Positions 30,207 to 39,728 of a stretch of 64,000 nucleotides of DNA are shown in pieces. The notes beneath the pieces are model-generated. The model saw only the letters and a program-made list of their open reading frames with translations, did no database searches and was not told where the DNA came from. The position numbers and the translations under genes are program-made. How positions within the stretch are numbered: position 1 is the first letter of the stretch; each line of letters opens with the position of its first letter. The DNA comes from Gammaproteobacteria bacterium (GTDB lineage: Bacteria; Pseudomonadota; Gammaproteobacteria; Eutrophobiales; Eutrophobiaceae): NCBI GenBank assembly GCA_041556555.1, contig JBFFIE010000004.1:14363-78362 (forward strand), in the 5' to 3' direction.

Positions 30207-30761
30207 CTATTTTCTGTCTGTGCTCTTCTTGTAACTGCGTTTCTTTTGCGTTTTCTTGGTCGGAAGAGTAAACCAGTCATCTTTTGTAATTTCATGGAAA
30301 TAATCGGCTTCCTCGATCAACAAATTGGAAGTGGTGCTTGGTACTGCAGCAATCTCGACACGAACTCCCATCGAATGCAACTGTCTTACCAATTCAATAT
30401 AATCTGAATCACCTGACATGATGATGATGGTATCTACCTTGTCTGCAACCTGGATTGCATTTATTGATAATGGTATGTCAGCACTCTTGTGGCAGGGGCG
30501 CACAGAACCATGGTAATAGTTATGCAAGCGTTCCTGCAGTTTGGTGGAAATATATACACCCTCTCGAAAATAGACCAGTCGACTGAGGCCGCGGTTATCT
30601 AGCAATCGGGGTATCAGGATATCGAAATTCAACATTGCATTTTTATTGCCTGCTTCGGAATGAATGCTGCGTTCAATGTTATTGCCGTCGATGAGAATTG
30701 CTACAGACTGCCAGATGCTGACACCTGAGTTATTCGCGTTAGTGGTAATGTTATCGTTCAT
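30207..30761 (-). CDS. NYN-domain (LabA-like/DUF88, PIN-fold) putative ribonuclease
   Basis: ILIDGNNIERS and IIMSGDSDYIELVRQLHSMGVRVEI motifs of NYN domain; basic C-terminal tail. Confidence 0.65.
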   Translation of the reverse strand: MNDNITTNANNSGVSIWQSVAILIDGNNIERSIHSEAGNKNAMLNFDILIPRLLDNRGLSRLVYFREGVYISTKLQERLHNYYHGSVRPCHKSADIPLSINAIQVADKVDTIIIMSGDSDYIELVRQLHSMGVRVEIAAVPSTTSNLLIEEADYFHEITKDDWFTLPTKKTQKKRSYKKSTDRK

Positions 30762-30903
30762 TGTTTTATGCTTCGTAATTTTTAGTTGCGTGATTTTATT
30801 AACAGTAAATTTAACAGATTTATTGCATTATGCGTATAAAGTCCTGTCAAACCCGAATCAATTAATTATATAGATAGTAGATTTCCGCTTCAGTTCAACA
30901 TTT

Positions 30904-31371
30904 ATGAAAATTAGAGAATTCAAAGATAAAGACATTCCCCAGATATCAAAACTTTACTTTAACACCGTAAGAAAGATTAATAGTAAAGATTATTCTAGAG
31001 AGCATGTAGAAACCTGGGCGCCGGAAATCTACGATGATTCATTCTGGTCGAGAAGATTTGATAATTATACTGTCCTGGTGGCTGAAGATGCTGACATAAT
31101 TCTGGGATTTTGTGAACTGCAGTATCCTGGGCACATCGATTGCTTTTATGTACATCATCAATGGCAACGCAAGGGTGTGGGAACACAGCTGCTCAAGTCG
31201 GTTGAATCAATAGCAGAAAAAAGCAGTTTCAAACGGTTGTTTGCTGATGTCAGCATCACAGCCCGGCCTTTCTTCAGCGAGATGGGATTCGAGACTGTCA
31301 GCGTAATCAATAAAAAATACCGCGAACTTAACTTCAAACTGTATTTTATGGAAAAGTACCTGATTGCCTGA
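30904..31371 (+). CDS. GNAT family N-acetyltransferase
   Basis: 155 aa; acetyl-CoA binding motif QWQRKGVGTQLL. Confidence 0.8.
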   Translation: MKIREFKDKDIPQISKLYFNTVRKINSKDYSREHVETWAPEIYDDSFWSRRFDNYTVLVAEDADIILGFCELQYPGHIDCFYVHHQWQRKGVGTQLLKSVESIAEKSSFKRLFADVSITARPFFSEMGFETVSVINKKYRELNFKLYFMEKYLIA

Positions 31372-31388
31372 GCTTCAACTGGTAATTA

Positions 31389-32207
31389 CTAGGCAGGGGA
31401 AGGATGCCAACCGGCATCCGCCCAAAGTTCCCCGCTAACCGCAGAGTTTGCAATCATGAAACAAATTGCATCTGCGATTTCGGTTGGACGAATCAGGCGG
31501 CCCAACTGGGTATCTTTAAGTATGTTTTTCTCGATATATTCCTCGCCTAAAGCGCGGACCATAGGGGTATCAGTGAATCCGGGATGAATCACACCACAGC
31601 GTACACCATGAAAAATTGCTTCTTTCGTCAGGGTGGCGGCGGCACCTTCCAGCCCGGCCTTGGTACTGGCATAGGATACCTGGCCCTTGTTACCCTGTGA
31701 TGAAATAGAACCGATGAAAATGGCAGTGCCCTGCAGCCGTTCATCGGGGTGCCATTTTTTCATGCCTTTCTGGGCGCGTTCTTCAGCTATCCGGGCAATC
31801 ATTTCCATCACCCAGTAAACCGGTGCAATCAGGTTAACCTCTATAACCTGACGAAATTTATCGACCGAATAGATTTCGGCCTTGCCAGTCTCCTTGTTTA
31901 TCTTTACAGCCAGTGCATCCCGGGTAATACCGGCACAGGGTACGCAGATTCTGGCGGTGCCGTTATCTTTTGAAATCGAATCGAAGACGTTGGCCCGGAA
32001 TTTTTCATTGGTTGTATCACCGATATAGGGCACAGCAACCTCACGGCCGGCTTCCCGGTTGATCTGATCGGCCGCGACCTTGACCTCATCATTCATATCG
32101 ACCATAGCTATGGCCTTGACGCCTTTCCCCGCAAGCTCCAGGCATACTGCATGCCCGATTCCGCTGGCTGCGCCAGTGATGACTGCAACTCTGTCTTCGA
32201 TTTCCAT
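31389..32207 (-). CDS. SDR family oxidoreductase
   Basis: TGAASGIGHA glycine-rich motif, YxxxK (YASTKAG), 272 aa. Confidence 0.8.
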   Translation of the reverse strand: MEIEDRVAVITGAASGIGHAVCLELAGKGVKAIAMVDMNDEVKVAADQINREAGREVAVPYIGDTTNEKFRANVFDSISKDNGTARICVPCAGITRDALAVKINKETGKAEIYSVDKFRQVIEVNLIAPVYWVMEMIARIAEERAQKGMKKWHPDERLQGTAIFIGSISSQGNKGQVSYASTKAGLEGAAATLTKEAIFHGVRCGVIHPGFTDTPMVRALGEEYIEKNILKDTQLGRLIRPTEIADAICFMIANSAVSGELWADAGWHPSPA

Positions 32208-32338
32208 AATCCGAGTACCTCACGTCAGGAAAATTCAATTACACTAATTCTAGCGCAAAATATTGTGCACCGCATCATCATTTTGCATTGCAAGAATCTT
32301 TATATCTACTTGATTTTTTAAGATTATTATCATAGTTA

Positions 32339-32914
32339 ATGAAAACCCGCTGTAACTGGTGTGCCGGTGACCCCCTGTATACCCGCTACCATGACCTCGA
32401 GTGGGGGGTTCCCGTACACAATGACAGAAAATTATTTGAGTTCCTGGTGCTTGAAGGCGCCCAGGCCGGCCTCAGCTGGATTACCATTCTCAGAAAGCGG
32501 CCGGCCTACCGCCAGGCCTTTGACAAGTTTGATTTCAACCGGATAGCCAGATACAGGCAAAGGGACTTCAAGTGCTTGCTGGTAAACGAGGGTATTGTCA
32601 GGAACCGGCTCAAGATTCAAAGCGTCATTAACAACGCCCGGGCTTTCCTGGAGATACGCGCCGAGTTCGGCAGCTTTAACCGCTACTTCTGGCAATTCAC
32701 CAATGGGGAGCCGGTGATAAACCGCTGGCAAACCCTGAATCAGGTGCCGGTCTCTACACGGCTCTCGGAATCAATATCGAAGGACCTGAAATCCCGTGGA
32801 TTCACCTTTGTCGGTCCAACGATTTGTTATGCTTTTATGCAGGCTGTTGGTATGGTGAATGATCATATAACATCGTGCTTTCGTTACGGGGAATTGGCGA
32901 GGGGAAGCGAATAA
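32339..32914 (+). CDS. tag: DNA-3-methyladenine glycosylase I
   Basis: Tag family motifs (CNWCAGDPLY, HDLEWGVP, FEFLVLEGAQAGLSW, zinc-binding C/H residues). Confidence 0.85.
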   Translation: MKTRCNWCAGDPLYTRYHDLEWGVPVHNDRKLFEFLVLEGAQAGLSWITILRKRPAYRQAFDKFDFNRIARYRQRDFKCLLVNEGIVRNRLKIQSVINNARAFLEIRAEFGSFNRYFWQFTNGEPVINRWQTLNQVPVSTRLSESISKDLKSRGFTFVGPTICYAFMQAVGMVNDHITSCFRYGELARGSE

Positions 32915-33081
32915 TGAAAATCATAATTTTGTCTATTTATACTGTCATTATGCTTCTGTTGACTGGCTGTTCACCGGAAGTCGGCACGGAGGCCTGGTGT
33001 AATGGCCTTTCAGAGAAACCCAAGGGCGAATGGACAGCCAACGAAGCCGGCAACTATACCAGGCACTGCCTTTACAGGTAA
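32914..33081 (+). CDS. Small lipoprotein (DUF3012-like)
   Basis: 55 aa, MKIIILSIYTVIMLLLTGCS lipobox; ATG overlaps tag stop codon. Confidence 0.5.
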   Translation: MKIIILSIYTVIMLLLTGCSPEVGTEAWCNGLSEKPKGEWTANEAGNYTRHCLYR

Positions 33082-33102
33082 TGGTGCTGATTCACTCGGG
33101 GC

Positions 33103-33522
33103 ATGCTCAAGATATCAGGAAAAGTCAGTATTCCTGAGAATGAAATCGAGATTCAGGCCATCCGGGCACAGGGCGCCGGTGGTCAAAACGTTAACAAGCT
33201 TGCCACGGCTGTTCATCTGCGCTTTGATTCCCAGGCTTCATCCCTACCGCGTTACTACAAGCAGCGTTTGCTTAAACTGAATGACCGCCGTATCAATCGT
33301 GATGGTGTGGTTGTCATCAAGGCTCAGCAGTATCGGAGCCAGGAGAAAAACCGACAAGCGGCCCTGTCGCGTTTGCAGAACCTGATTAAAAAGGCCGGGT
33401 ACATGGCCCGGGCAAGAAAGAAGACCGGGCCGCCGATCGCATCGAAGGTCAGGCGCCTTGATGATAAAAAGCAACGGAGTCGCCTGAAGCAACTGCGCAA
33501 TAAACCCTCGCATGACGATTAA
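33103..33522 (+). CDS. arfB: Alternative ribosome-rescue factor ArfB (peptidyl-tRNA hydrolase, YaeJ)
   Basis: GGQ motif (RAQGAGGQNVNK), basic C-terminal tail, 139 aa, near-colinear with E. coli YaeJ. Confidence 0.9.
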   Translation: MLKISGKVSIPENEIEIQAIRAQGAGGQNVNKLATAVHLRFDSQASSLPRYYKQRLLKLNDRRINRDGVVVIKAQQYRSQEKNRQAALSRLQNLIKKAGYMARARKKTGPPIASKVRRLDDKKQRSRLKQLRNKPSHDD

Positions 33523-34111
33523 AACCTATTCGGAAGCCTGTGAGAGGAATCGTGGTCCGATTCTCTCAGTCATATCGCCTTTACTGTTGGATTGTCATAC
33601 GTTGCTTGAGATTGGCAGCGGTAATGGTCAGCATGCTGTATATTTTGCCGGGAAACTGCCACATCTTATCTGGTATACCAGCGATGTCAGGGAAAACCAT
33701 CCGGATATCAGGGCCTGGCTTGGTGATGCTGGTCTGTCCAATACCCGCGATCCGTTGCCGCTGGATGTAAAACGGGATGCCTGGCCGGAACTTGAGATCG
33801 ATGCCGTGTTCTCTGCAAACACGGCGCATATCATGCATTGGGATGAAGTGAAGCTGTTCTTTGCCGGAGTAGGGCGTTCGCTACCTGAAAATGGCAAGTT
33901 CCTGCTCTATGGTCCTTTCAATTACAACCAGGCATATACCAGTGAAAGTAATGCCCGTTTTGATGTCTGGCTGAAGGCCCGTGATCCTGAAAGTGGTATC
34001 CGTGATTTTGAATCATTGAATGAGGTTGCTGGAAACGCAGGTATGGAGTTGATTGATGATTACGAGATGCCCGCCAATAACCGGGTTCTGTATTGGCGAA
34101 AAACCAGATGA
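33512..34111 (+). CDS. DUF938 domain protein (class I SAM-methyltransferase fold)
   Basis: LEIGSGNGQHAVYFAGKLPHLIWYTSD motif typical of DUF938. Confidence 0.7.
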   Translation: MTIKTYSEACERNRGPILSVISPLLLDCHTLLEIGSGNGQHAVYFAGKLPHLIWYTSDVRENHPDIRAWLGDAGLSNTRDPLPLDVKRDAWPELEIDAVFSANTAHIMHWDEVKLFFAGVGRSLPENGKFLLYGPFNYNQAYTSESNARFDVWLKARDPESGIRDFESLNEVAGNAGMELIDDYEMPANNRVLYWRKTR

Positions 34112-34695
34112 TTCAATCTGTTGAAATATTATTCAGGCCGGCGATGAAATCAGATTGCCGGACGATAGCCCGTTTATACACGATTTCATCGGAAGGGGTT
34201 TCTGATTATATCTGGTCACAGGTGGCTGAGCCTGGCGAGGATATTCTGGATGTTGGCCAGCGGCGTTATGAACAGGAGGATTCGGCATTCAGTTACAAGA
34301 ACTGTACTGTGGCTGTTGCCGGTGACCGGGTCATCGGGATGCTGGTGGCTTTCCCTATGTATACTGATAATGAAGAGACTGAAGAGGCGGTCGATCCGGT
34401 GCTGGCGCCTTACAGCAGGTTGGAAGAAAACGACAGTTTTTATATCTGCAGCATGTCTGTGTTTCCGGAATACCGGGGACGGGGCAGTGGTCACCGCTTC
34501 CTCAAAATAGCAGAACAGCAGGCCGGAGAGCAGGGCTTCAAAAAACTCAGTTTAATCGTGGTGGAGGAAAACACGGGCGCCTTGAAATTATACAAGTCAC
34601 ATGGTTATCAGGAAGTAGCACGTGAAGCAATCGTCCCGCACCCGCTGATTCACTGTTCCGGTGATGCCTTGTTAATGGTAAAGCAGATTTCATGA
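34108..34695 (+). CDS. GNAT family N-acetyltransferase
   Basis: Motif A (YRGRGSGHRFLKIAEQQAGEQG); start chosen at ATG overlapping upstream TGA (ATGA). Confidence 0.75.
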   Translation: MIQSVEILFRPAMKSDCRTIARLYTISSEGVSDYIWSQVAEPGEDILDVGQRRYEQEDSAFSYKNCTVAVAGDRVIGMLVAFPMYTDNEETEEAVDPVLAPYSRLEENDSFYICSMSVFPEYRGRGSGHRFLKIAEQQAGEQGFKKLSLIVVEENTGALKLYKSHGYQEVAREAIVPHPLIHCSGDALLMVKQIS

Positions 34696-35075
34696 AATCA
34701 ACGATACGGTTCTGTGTGTATTTCCTTGTAGTATTCCCGGAAGTTTTGCTGGCGGGAAACTGTCCTGACCCGGAGACAATCCGGCTCAGGGAACTTTCCC
34801 GGGAGCTCGAATGGACAGTAGATGGGCAAACGACACTGGATGAACTGTTAGCTGTAAAATCACTCTACGCGGTGCGCATCAGCAATTATGGTGAATACGT
34901 CTCGTGTTATTACACAACGGATGAATGGACAGTCAAACTGGATGCCAAGCCGGTTACGATCGGTTGTTTAATCATGCCTGATGCCGGTCGTTGGACCAGT
35001 ACCGATTCAGGCCAACTGGTTTGCCAGGAAGAGGATGTCAACCGTTGTGGTTTCCGGATTGAGTGTAATAATTAA
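34692..35075 (+). CDS. Secreted cysteine-containing hypothetical protein (DUF3757-like, tentative)
   Basis: Signal peptide then CPDPETI motif and 4 further Cys; 127 aa. Confidence 0.4.
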   Translation: MKSTIRFCVYFLVVFPEVLLAGNCPDPETIRLRELSRELEWTVDGQTTLDELLAVKSLYAVRISNYGEYVSCYYTTDEWTVKLDAKPVTIGCLIMPDAGRWTSTDSGQLVCQEEDVNRCGFRIECNN

Positions 35076-36929
35076 CTAGCCTGCCTTTACCCGGGATGCA
35101 CTCTTGCGCTCATGTTCTTTCAGTAGTTTCTTTCGCAGGCGAATGTTCTTCGGTGTAATCTCGACCAGTTCATCATCTTCTATAAATTCCAGTGCCTGTT
35201 CCAGGCTGAATTTTAGCGGGGGAGTCAGCAGGATATTATCGTCCTTACCGGCGGCGCGGATATTGGTCAGTTGTTTTGCCTTCAGCACATTCACTACCAG
35301 ATCGTTGTCCCGTGAATGGATACCGACAATCATGCCTTCATAGACCTCGACCCCGGGCTCAATCAACATTTGTCCACGATCCTGCAGGTTAAACAGGGCA
35401 TAACCGAGAGCCTTGCCTGAGCCATTGGCGATCAGCACACCGTTCACGCGACCATCAGCATCGGTTCTCTTGACCGGTCCGTAATGATCAAAGACGTGGT
35501 AAAGCAGACCGGTCCCGGAGGTCGTCGTGAGGTACAGTGTGCGGAAACCGATCAGACCCCGGGCCGGGATGATGTAATCCAGCCTGACGCGCCCTTTTCC
35601 ATCGGGCAGCATTTCTTTCAGTTCACCACCGCGTTGTCCCAGTAATTCCATGACAGCGCCCTGATAATTGCTGTCCATGTCCACTGTCAGTTGCTCATAG
35701 GGCTCCTGAATTTCACCATTGACCTTCTTCATAATCACCTCGGGTCTGGAGACACCGAGTTCATAACCTTCCCGCCGCATGGTTTCGATCAGTATGGATA
35801 AATGCAATTCACCTCGACCGGACACCTTGAACCGATCGGGATCGTCGGTTTCCTCTACCCGCAAAGCCACATTGTGTTTTAATTCCTGCAACAACCGTTC
35901 CTTGATCTGACGCGAGGTCACGTATTTACCTTCCTTGCCGGAAAACGGTGAATCATTGACCTGAAAGGTCATACTAACGGTCGGTTCATCAATAGATAAC
36001 GGCGGCAGGGGCTCGATGTGCCTGGGCGAACACAGGGTTTCAGAAATACCCAGATCCTCGATACCACACATGGCAATGATGTCGCCGGCTGACGCTTCTG
36101 GAATTTCCATGCGCTCAAGGCCGAGCAGTTTATAGATTTGCAAGACCCGCCCCGGGCGCTGTTCGCCCTTTACATTGACCACTGTCACCGGGGTGTTGGT
36201 CTTGATTGAACCACGGGTCACCCTGCCGATGCCGATCACACCGACATAACTGTTGTAGGCGAGGGAACTGATCTGCATCTGGAACGGAGCACCCGGGTCA
36301 ACATCCGGTGGCGGTACCTGATCAATGATGATCTGGAAGAGCACCTGCATATCGCCTTCCCGGGCGGCGGAATCCAAAGAGCTGTAACCGTTGATTGCCG
36401 ACGTATAGACCACTGGAAAATCAAGTTGTCCATCATTGGCGCCCAGCCGATCAAACAAATCAAAGGTCCGATCCAGTACCCAGTGCGGCCTGGCCCCCGG
36501 CCGATCGACCTTGTTAATGACAACGATCGGGCGGAATCCTCTCGCCAGCGCCTTTTCAGTGACAAAGCGGGTTTGCGGCATCGGACCATCCACAGCATCT
36601 ACCAGTAACAGCACTGAATCCGCCATTGACAGCACGCGCTCCACTTCGCCGCCGAAATCGGCATGTCCCGGCGTGTCAATGATATTGATACGATAGTTAT
36701 TCCATTGCAGCGCCGTGTTTTTCGCAAGGATGGTAATGCCACGCTCGCGCTCCAGCTCGTTATTGTCCATGACCCGCTCCTGTTCCAGGTTGCGGCTTTT
36801 GAGAGTGCCGGATTGCTTCAGCAGCTCATCAACCAGGGTGGTTTTGCCGTGGTCTACGTGGGCAATGATGGCGATGTTGCGGATATTCTTGATCACGTTG
36901 GTGGTGTCAGTCTGGGCAAAGGCGGGCAT
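35076..36929 (-). CDS. typA: Translational GTPase TypA/BipA
   Basis: G1-G4 GTPase motifs ([21 protein letters not shown]), EF-G-like domains, 617 aa. Confidence 0.9.
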   Translation of the reverse strand: MPAFAQTDTTNVIKNIRNIAIIAHVDHGKTTLVDELLKQSGTLKSRNLEQERVMDNNELERERGITILAKNTALQWNNYRINIIDTPGHADFGGEVERVLSMADSVLLLVDAVDGPMPQTRFVTEKALARGFRPIVVINKVDRPGARPHWVLDRTFDLFDRLGANDGQLDFPVVYTSAINGYSSLDSAAREGDMQVLFQIIIDQVPPPDVDPGAPFQMQISSLAYNSYVGVIGIGRVTRGSIKTNTPVTVVNVKGEQRPGRVLQIYKLLGLERMEIPEASAGDIIAMCGIEDLGISETLCSPRHIEPLPPLSIDEPTVSMTFQVNDSPFSGKEGKYVTSRQIKERLLQELKHNVALRVEETDDPDRFKVSGRGELHLSILIETMRREGYELGVSRPEVIMKKVNGEIQEPYEQLTVDMDSNYQGAVMELLGQRGGELKEMLPDGKGRVRLDYIIPARGLIGFRTLYLTTTSGTGLLYHVFDHYGPVKRTDADGRVNGVLIANGSGKALGYALFNLQDRGQMLIEPGVEVYEGMIVGIHSRDNDLVVNVLKAKQLTNIRAAGKDDNILLTPPLKFSLEQALEFIEDDELVEITPKNIRLRKKLLKEHERKSASRVKAG

Positions 36930-37082
36930 TATAACGAAAACCCGTTGTCGGGCACGGAAAATTTACAACTGTTTTATCAAGTCGATCCCGGTATTTTTGT
37001 TAAGATGCCCTGGAAGCTCTGTTTGCCAGGGATCAGCCGGGATTGAAACAATAAAAAAATGAATATCGAAACCCGTTAAATC

Positions 37083-38582
37083 ATGTTGTCACGATCAGTC
37101 ATTGGCCTGCTTCTGGGTCCTTTTCTGTTTTTCCTGGTACTGCTGCTTCCCGTACCGGAAGGGTTTAACGAGATATCCATGCGGGTAGTTGCAATAGCGT
37201 TGCTCATGGCGACGTTCTGGATCACGGAAGCCATCCCGATAGCCGCCACGTCCTTGTTACCAATTTTCCTTTACCCGGTGATGGGTGTCATGAGTGGTAG
37301 CGATACCACACTGGCCTATGGCAATCATCTAGTGTTTCTCCTAATGGGTGGTTTCTTTATCGCCGTGACCGTGGAGAAATGGCAACTGCATCGGCGCATT
37401 GCCCTGGTTACCATCCGTCTCGTGGGTGATACAGCTAACCGGATAATACTCGGATTCATGCTGGCAACGGCCTTTCTTTCCATGTGGATCAGTAATACGG
37501 CGTCCACCTTGATGATGATGACGATCGGATTGGCGGTGATTTCCCGTACCAGTCAGCAGGTGGAAAATCTGAACGGAGGAATTGATACAGAAAAAGGGCA
37601 TTTCCGCTTCGGAATTGCCTTGATGCTGGGAATTGCCTACGCATCGTCAATTGGAGGTATTTCAACCCTGATCGGCACAGCGCCTAATGCCATTTTTGCC
37701 GGGGTTGTGGAACGGCAATTCGGGCAAACCATCCTTCTTTTGGACTGGATGAAGTTTGCGTTCCCGCTTTCCATGCTTATGTTGATTATTACCTGGTTTT
37801 ACCTGACGCGGGTTATTTACCCGCCAGAAATCGATCGCATTCCAGGTATTCAGGAGACGCTGGACCAGGAAGCAAAGGATCTTGGTCCGGTTACCCGCGA
37901 AGAAAAGCTGATTATGGCGGTTTTCGTCCTCGTTGCCCTGGGCTGGTTACTGAATGGCCTGCTGGGAGGCAGGGGTCCGGACTTGATTAAAGATTCCACC
38001 ATTGCCATTGGCGGGGCCTTGATGCTGTTCATCATTCCATCCAATTTGAACACGCGTGAGTTTTTACTGGATTGGAAAACAGCCGTCACTATACCCTGGG
38101 ATGTATTAATCCTGTTTGGTGGCGGATTTGCCCTGGCAGCAGGTTTCAGTGACAGTGGTCTGACACATTCTGTGGCCAGCCTGCTCATAGGTCTCAAGGG
38201 AACCAGCATCGTGCTGATCCTTGTCGCTATCATCGGTTTGATTATCCTGTTAACGGAGCTGACATCGAATACAGCCACAGCTTCAATTTCATTGCCGATC
38301 ATGATCGCGCTTGCAGAGGCACTGCAGATTCATCCCTACAGTGTCATGATCGGGGCTGTTATCGCCGCATCGTTCGCCTTCATGCTGCCGGTGGCAACGC
38401 CACCTAATGCTATCGTATTCGGGAGCCGTTATGTCACCATTCCGCAGATGGCAAGGGCAGGAGCAGGGCTGAATATTATTGGAATTATCCTGATAACCCT
38501 GTTTGTGCTGCTTTTCCTGCCGTTCGTCTGGGACCTTGAAATTTCCGGGCATGTGTTATCAACATCTCTGGATGGCCAGTAG
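37083..38582 (+). CDS. DASS/SLC13 family anion:sodium symporter
   Basis: 499 aa polytopic membrane protein with duplicated SNT(A/S) hairpin motifs (WISNTASTLMM, ELTSNTATA). Confidence 0.75.
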   Translation: MLSRSVIGLLLGPFLFFLVLLLPVPEGFNEISMRVVAIALLMATFWITEAIPIAATSLLPIFLYPVMGVMSGSDTTLAYGNHLVFLLMGGFFIAVTVEKWQLHRRIALVTIRLVGDTANRIILGFMLATAFLSMWISNTASTLMMMTIGLAVISRTSQQVENLNGGIDTEKGHFRFGIALMLGIAYASSIGGISTLIGTAPNAIFAGVVERQFGQTILLLDWMKFAFPLSMLMLIITWFYLTRVIYPPEIDRIPGIQETLDQEAKDLGPVTREEKLIMAVFVLVALGWLLNGLLGGRGPDLIKDSTIAIGGALMLFIIPSNLNTREFLLDWKTAVTIPWDVLILFGGGFALAAGFSDSGLTHSVASLLIGLKGTSIVLILVAIIGLIILLTELTSNTATASISLPIMIALAEALQIHPYSVMIGAVIAASFAFMLPVATPPNAIVFGSRYVTIPQMARAGAGLNIIGIILITLFVLLFLPFVWDLEISGHVLSTSLDGQ

Positions 38583-38742
38583 CCAAATGCTTACCCGGGG
38601 AACAACTCCTCGTATGTCAATGTTCTGAAGGTGGATGGCGGACCAGCGAGCGGTGATGAACCCGACATCTTCCAGTTAAGAAGCCAGGTCGAGTTTTAAT
38701 TGAGATTTACGACATATATAAATCAAATACGAGCAAGGAATC

Positions 38743-39552
38743 ATGAATAAATTGATACACAGTCTGTTTATCACATTAATCATTTTCATAGCCGCACCAC
38801 TCAGTGCCGAGGAATACCTGCGCCTTGCCACCACAACCAGTACCGAGAACTCGGGATTGTTGGCTGAACTGAATCCTGTATTTGAGAGGAAGACCGGGAT
38901 CAAGGTCCATGTGATTGCAGTAGGGACCGGCAAGGCATTGCGTCTGGGCAGGGATGGTGATGTTGATCTGGTCATGGTACATGCACCGGCGGCAGAGATG
39001 GCATTCGTCGAGCAAGGTTCGGGCGTCGAACGACAACCTTTAATGCATAATGATTTCGTAATACTGGGTCCGCCGGATGATCCGGCCGGGATTTCTGAAG
39101 CGAGCACAGTCGCCGAAGCATTCAGGCGTATACAAAATACCGGCAGCACATTTGTTTCCCGCGGCGATGATTCAGGAACCCATAAAAAAGAAAAACAGCT
39201 TTGGGCACTGGCCGGTTCAGAAGATCCATCAGGTGAATGGTACCTGGCAGTCGGGCAGGGGATGGGACAGGTGCTGCGTATAGCAGATGAAAAACTGGCT
39301 TACACTTTAAGTGATCGCGGAACCTATCTGGCATTCTCAGATAAACTGCTGTTACAGATTTTGTTTGAGAACGCGGATGAGTTAATCAATCCCTATCATG
39401 TAATACTGGTTAACCCTGAGAAACATCCTCATACAAAAACAAATCTTGCAAGAAAATATGTTGCGTTTATTACCGGACCAGAGGGGCAGGCACTGATTCG
39501 TAACTTTAAAGTAAACGGGAAACAATTGTTTTATCCGGATGTGATGAAATAA
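38743..39552 (+). CDS. Periplasmic substrate-binding protein, TupA-like (tungstate/oxyanion ABC transporter family, COG2998)
   Basis: Signal peptide; LRLATTTSTENSGLL, AVGTGKAL, FVSRGDDSGTH motifs typical of TupA-type binding proteins. Confidence 0.55.
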   Translation: MNKLIHSLFITLIIFIAAPLSAEEYLRLATTTSTENSGLLAELNPVFERKTGIKVHVIAVGTGKALRLGRDGDVDLVMVHAPAAEMAFVEQGSGVERQPLMHNDFVILGPPDDPAGISEASTVAEAFRRIQNTGSTFVSRGDDSGTHKKEKQLWALAGSEDPSGEWYLAVGQGMGQVLRIADEKLAYTLSDRGTYLAFSDKLLLQILFENADELINPYHVILVNPEKHPHTKTNLARKYVAFITGPEGQALIRNFKVNGKQLFYPDVMK

Positions 39553-39555
39553 AAA

Positions 39556-39600
39556 GCCCGGAACAGTCCGTTGGGGGGAGGGGAAGACTGGTCCCGGGCT
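39556..39600. terminator. Bidirectional stem-loop between convergent genes
   Basis: AGCCCGGAACAGTCC ... GGACTGGTCCCGGGCT imperfect inverted repeat flanked by A-run and followed by T-poor region; sits between SBP stop and antiporter stop. Confidence 0.4.
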
Positions 39601-39728
39601 AGTCACAAGAATCAATCGGGGGAGGACTTAATCTTGTTGAATAGTATTCTAGACGAATGCGATTCTGACTAATGTGAACTGGAGCACAAATCCCGAAAAC
39701 GGGACATTTAAGGGTCGTTCATGGCTGA

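Noticed and set aside
30904-31371. GNAT toxin-antitoxin (TacT/AtaT-like) module
   Set aside because: No small RHH/DUF1778 antitoxin ORF adjacent; the sequence resembles generic GNAT acetyltransferases.
36236-37062. ORFs overlapping typA (36236..36598 -, 36426..37062 +)
   Set aside because: Off-frame or antisense to a highly conserved GTPase gene.
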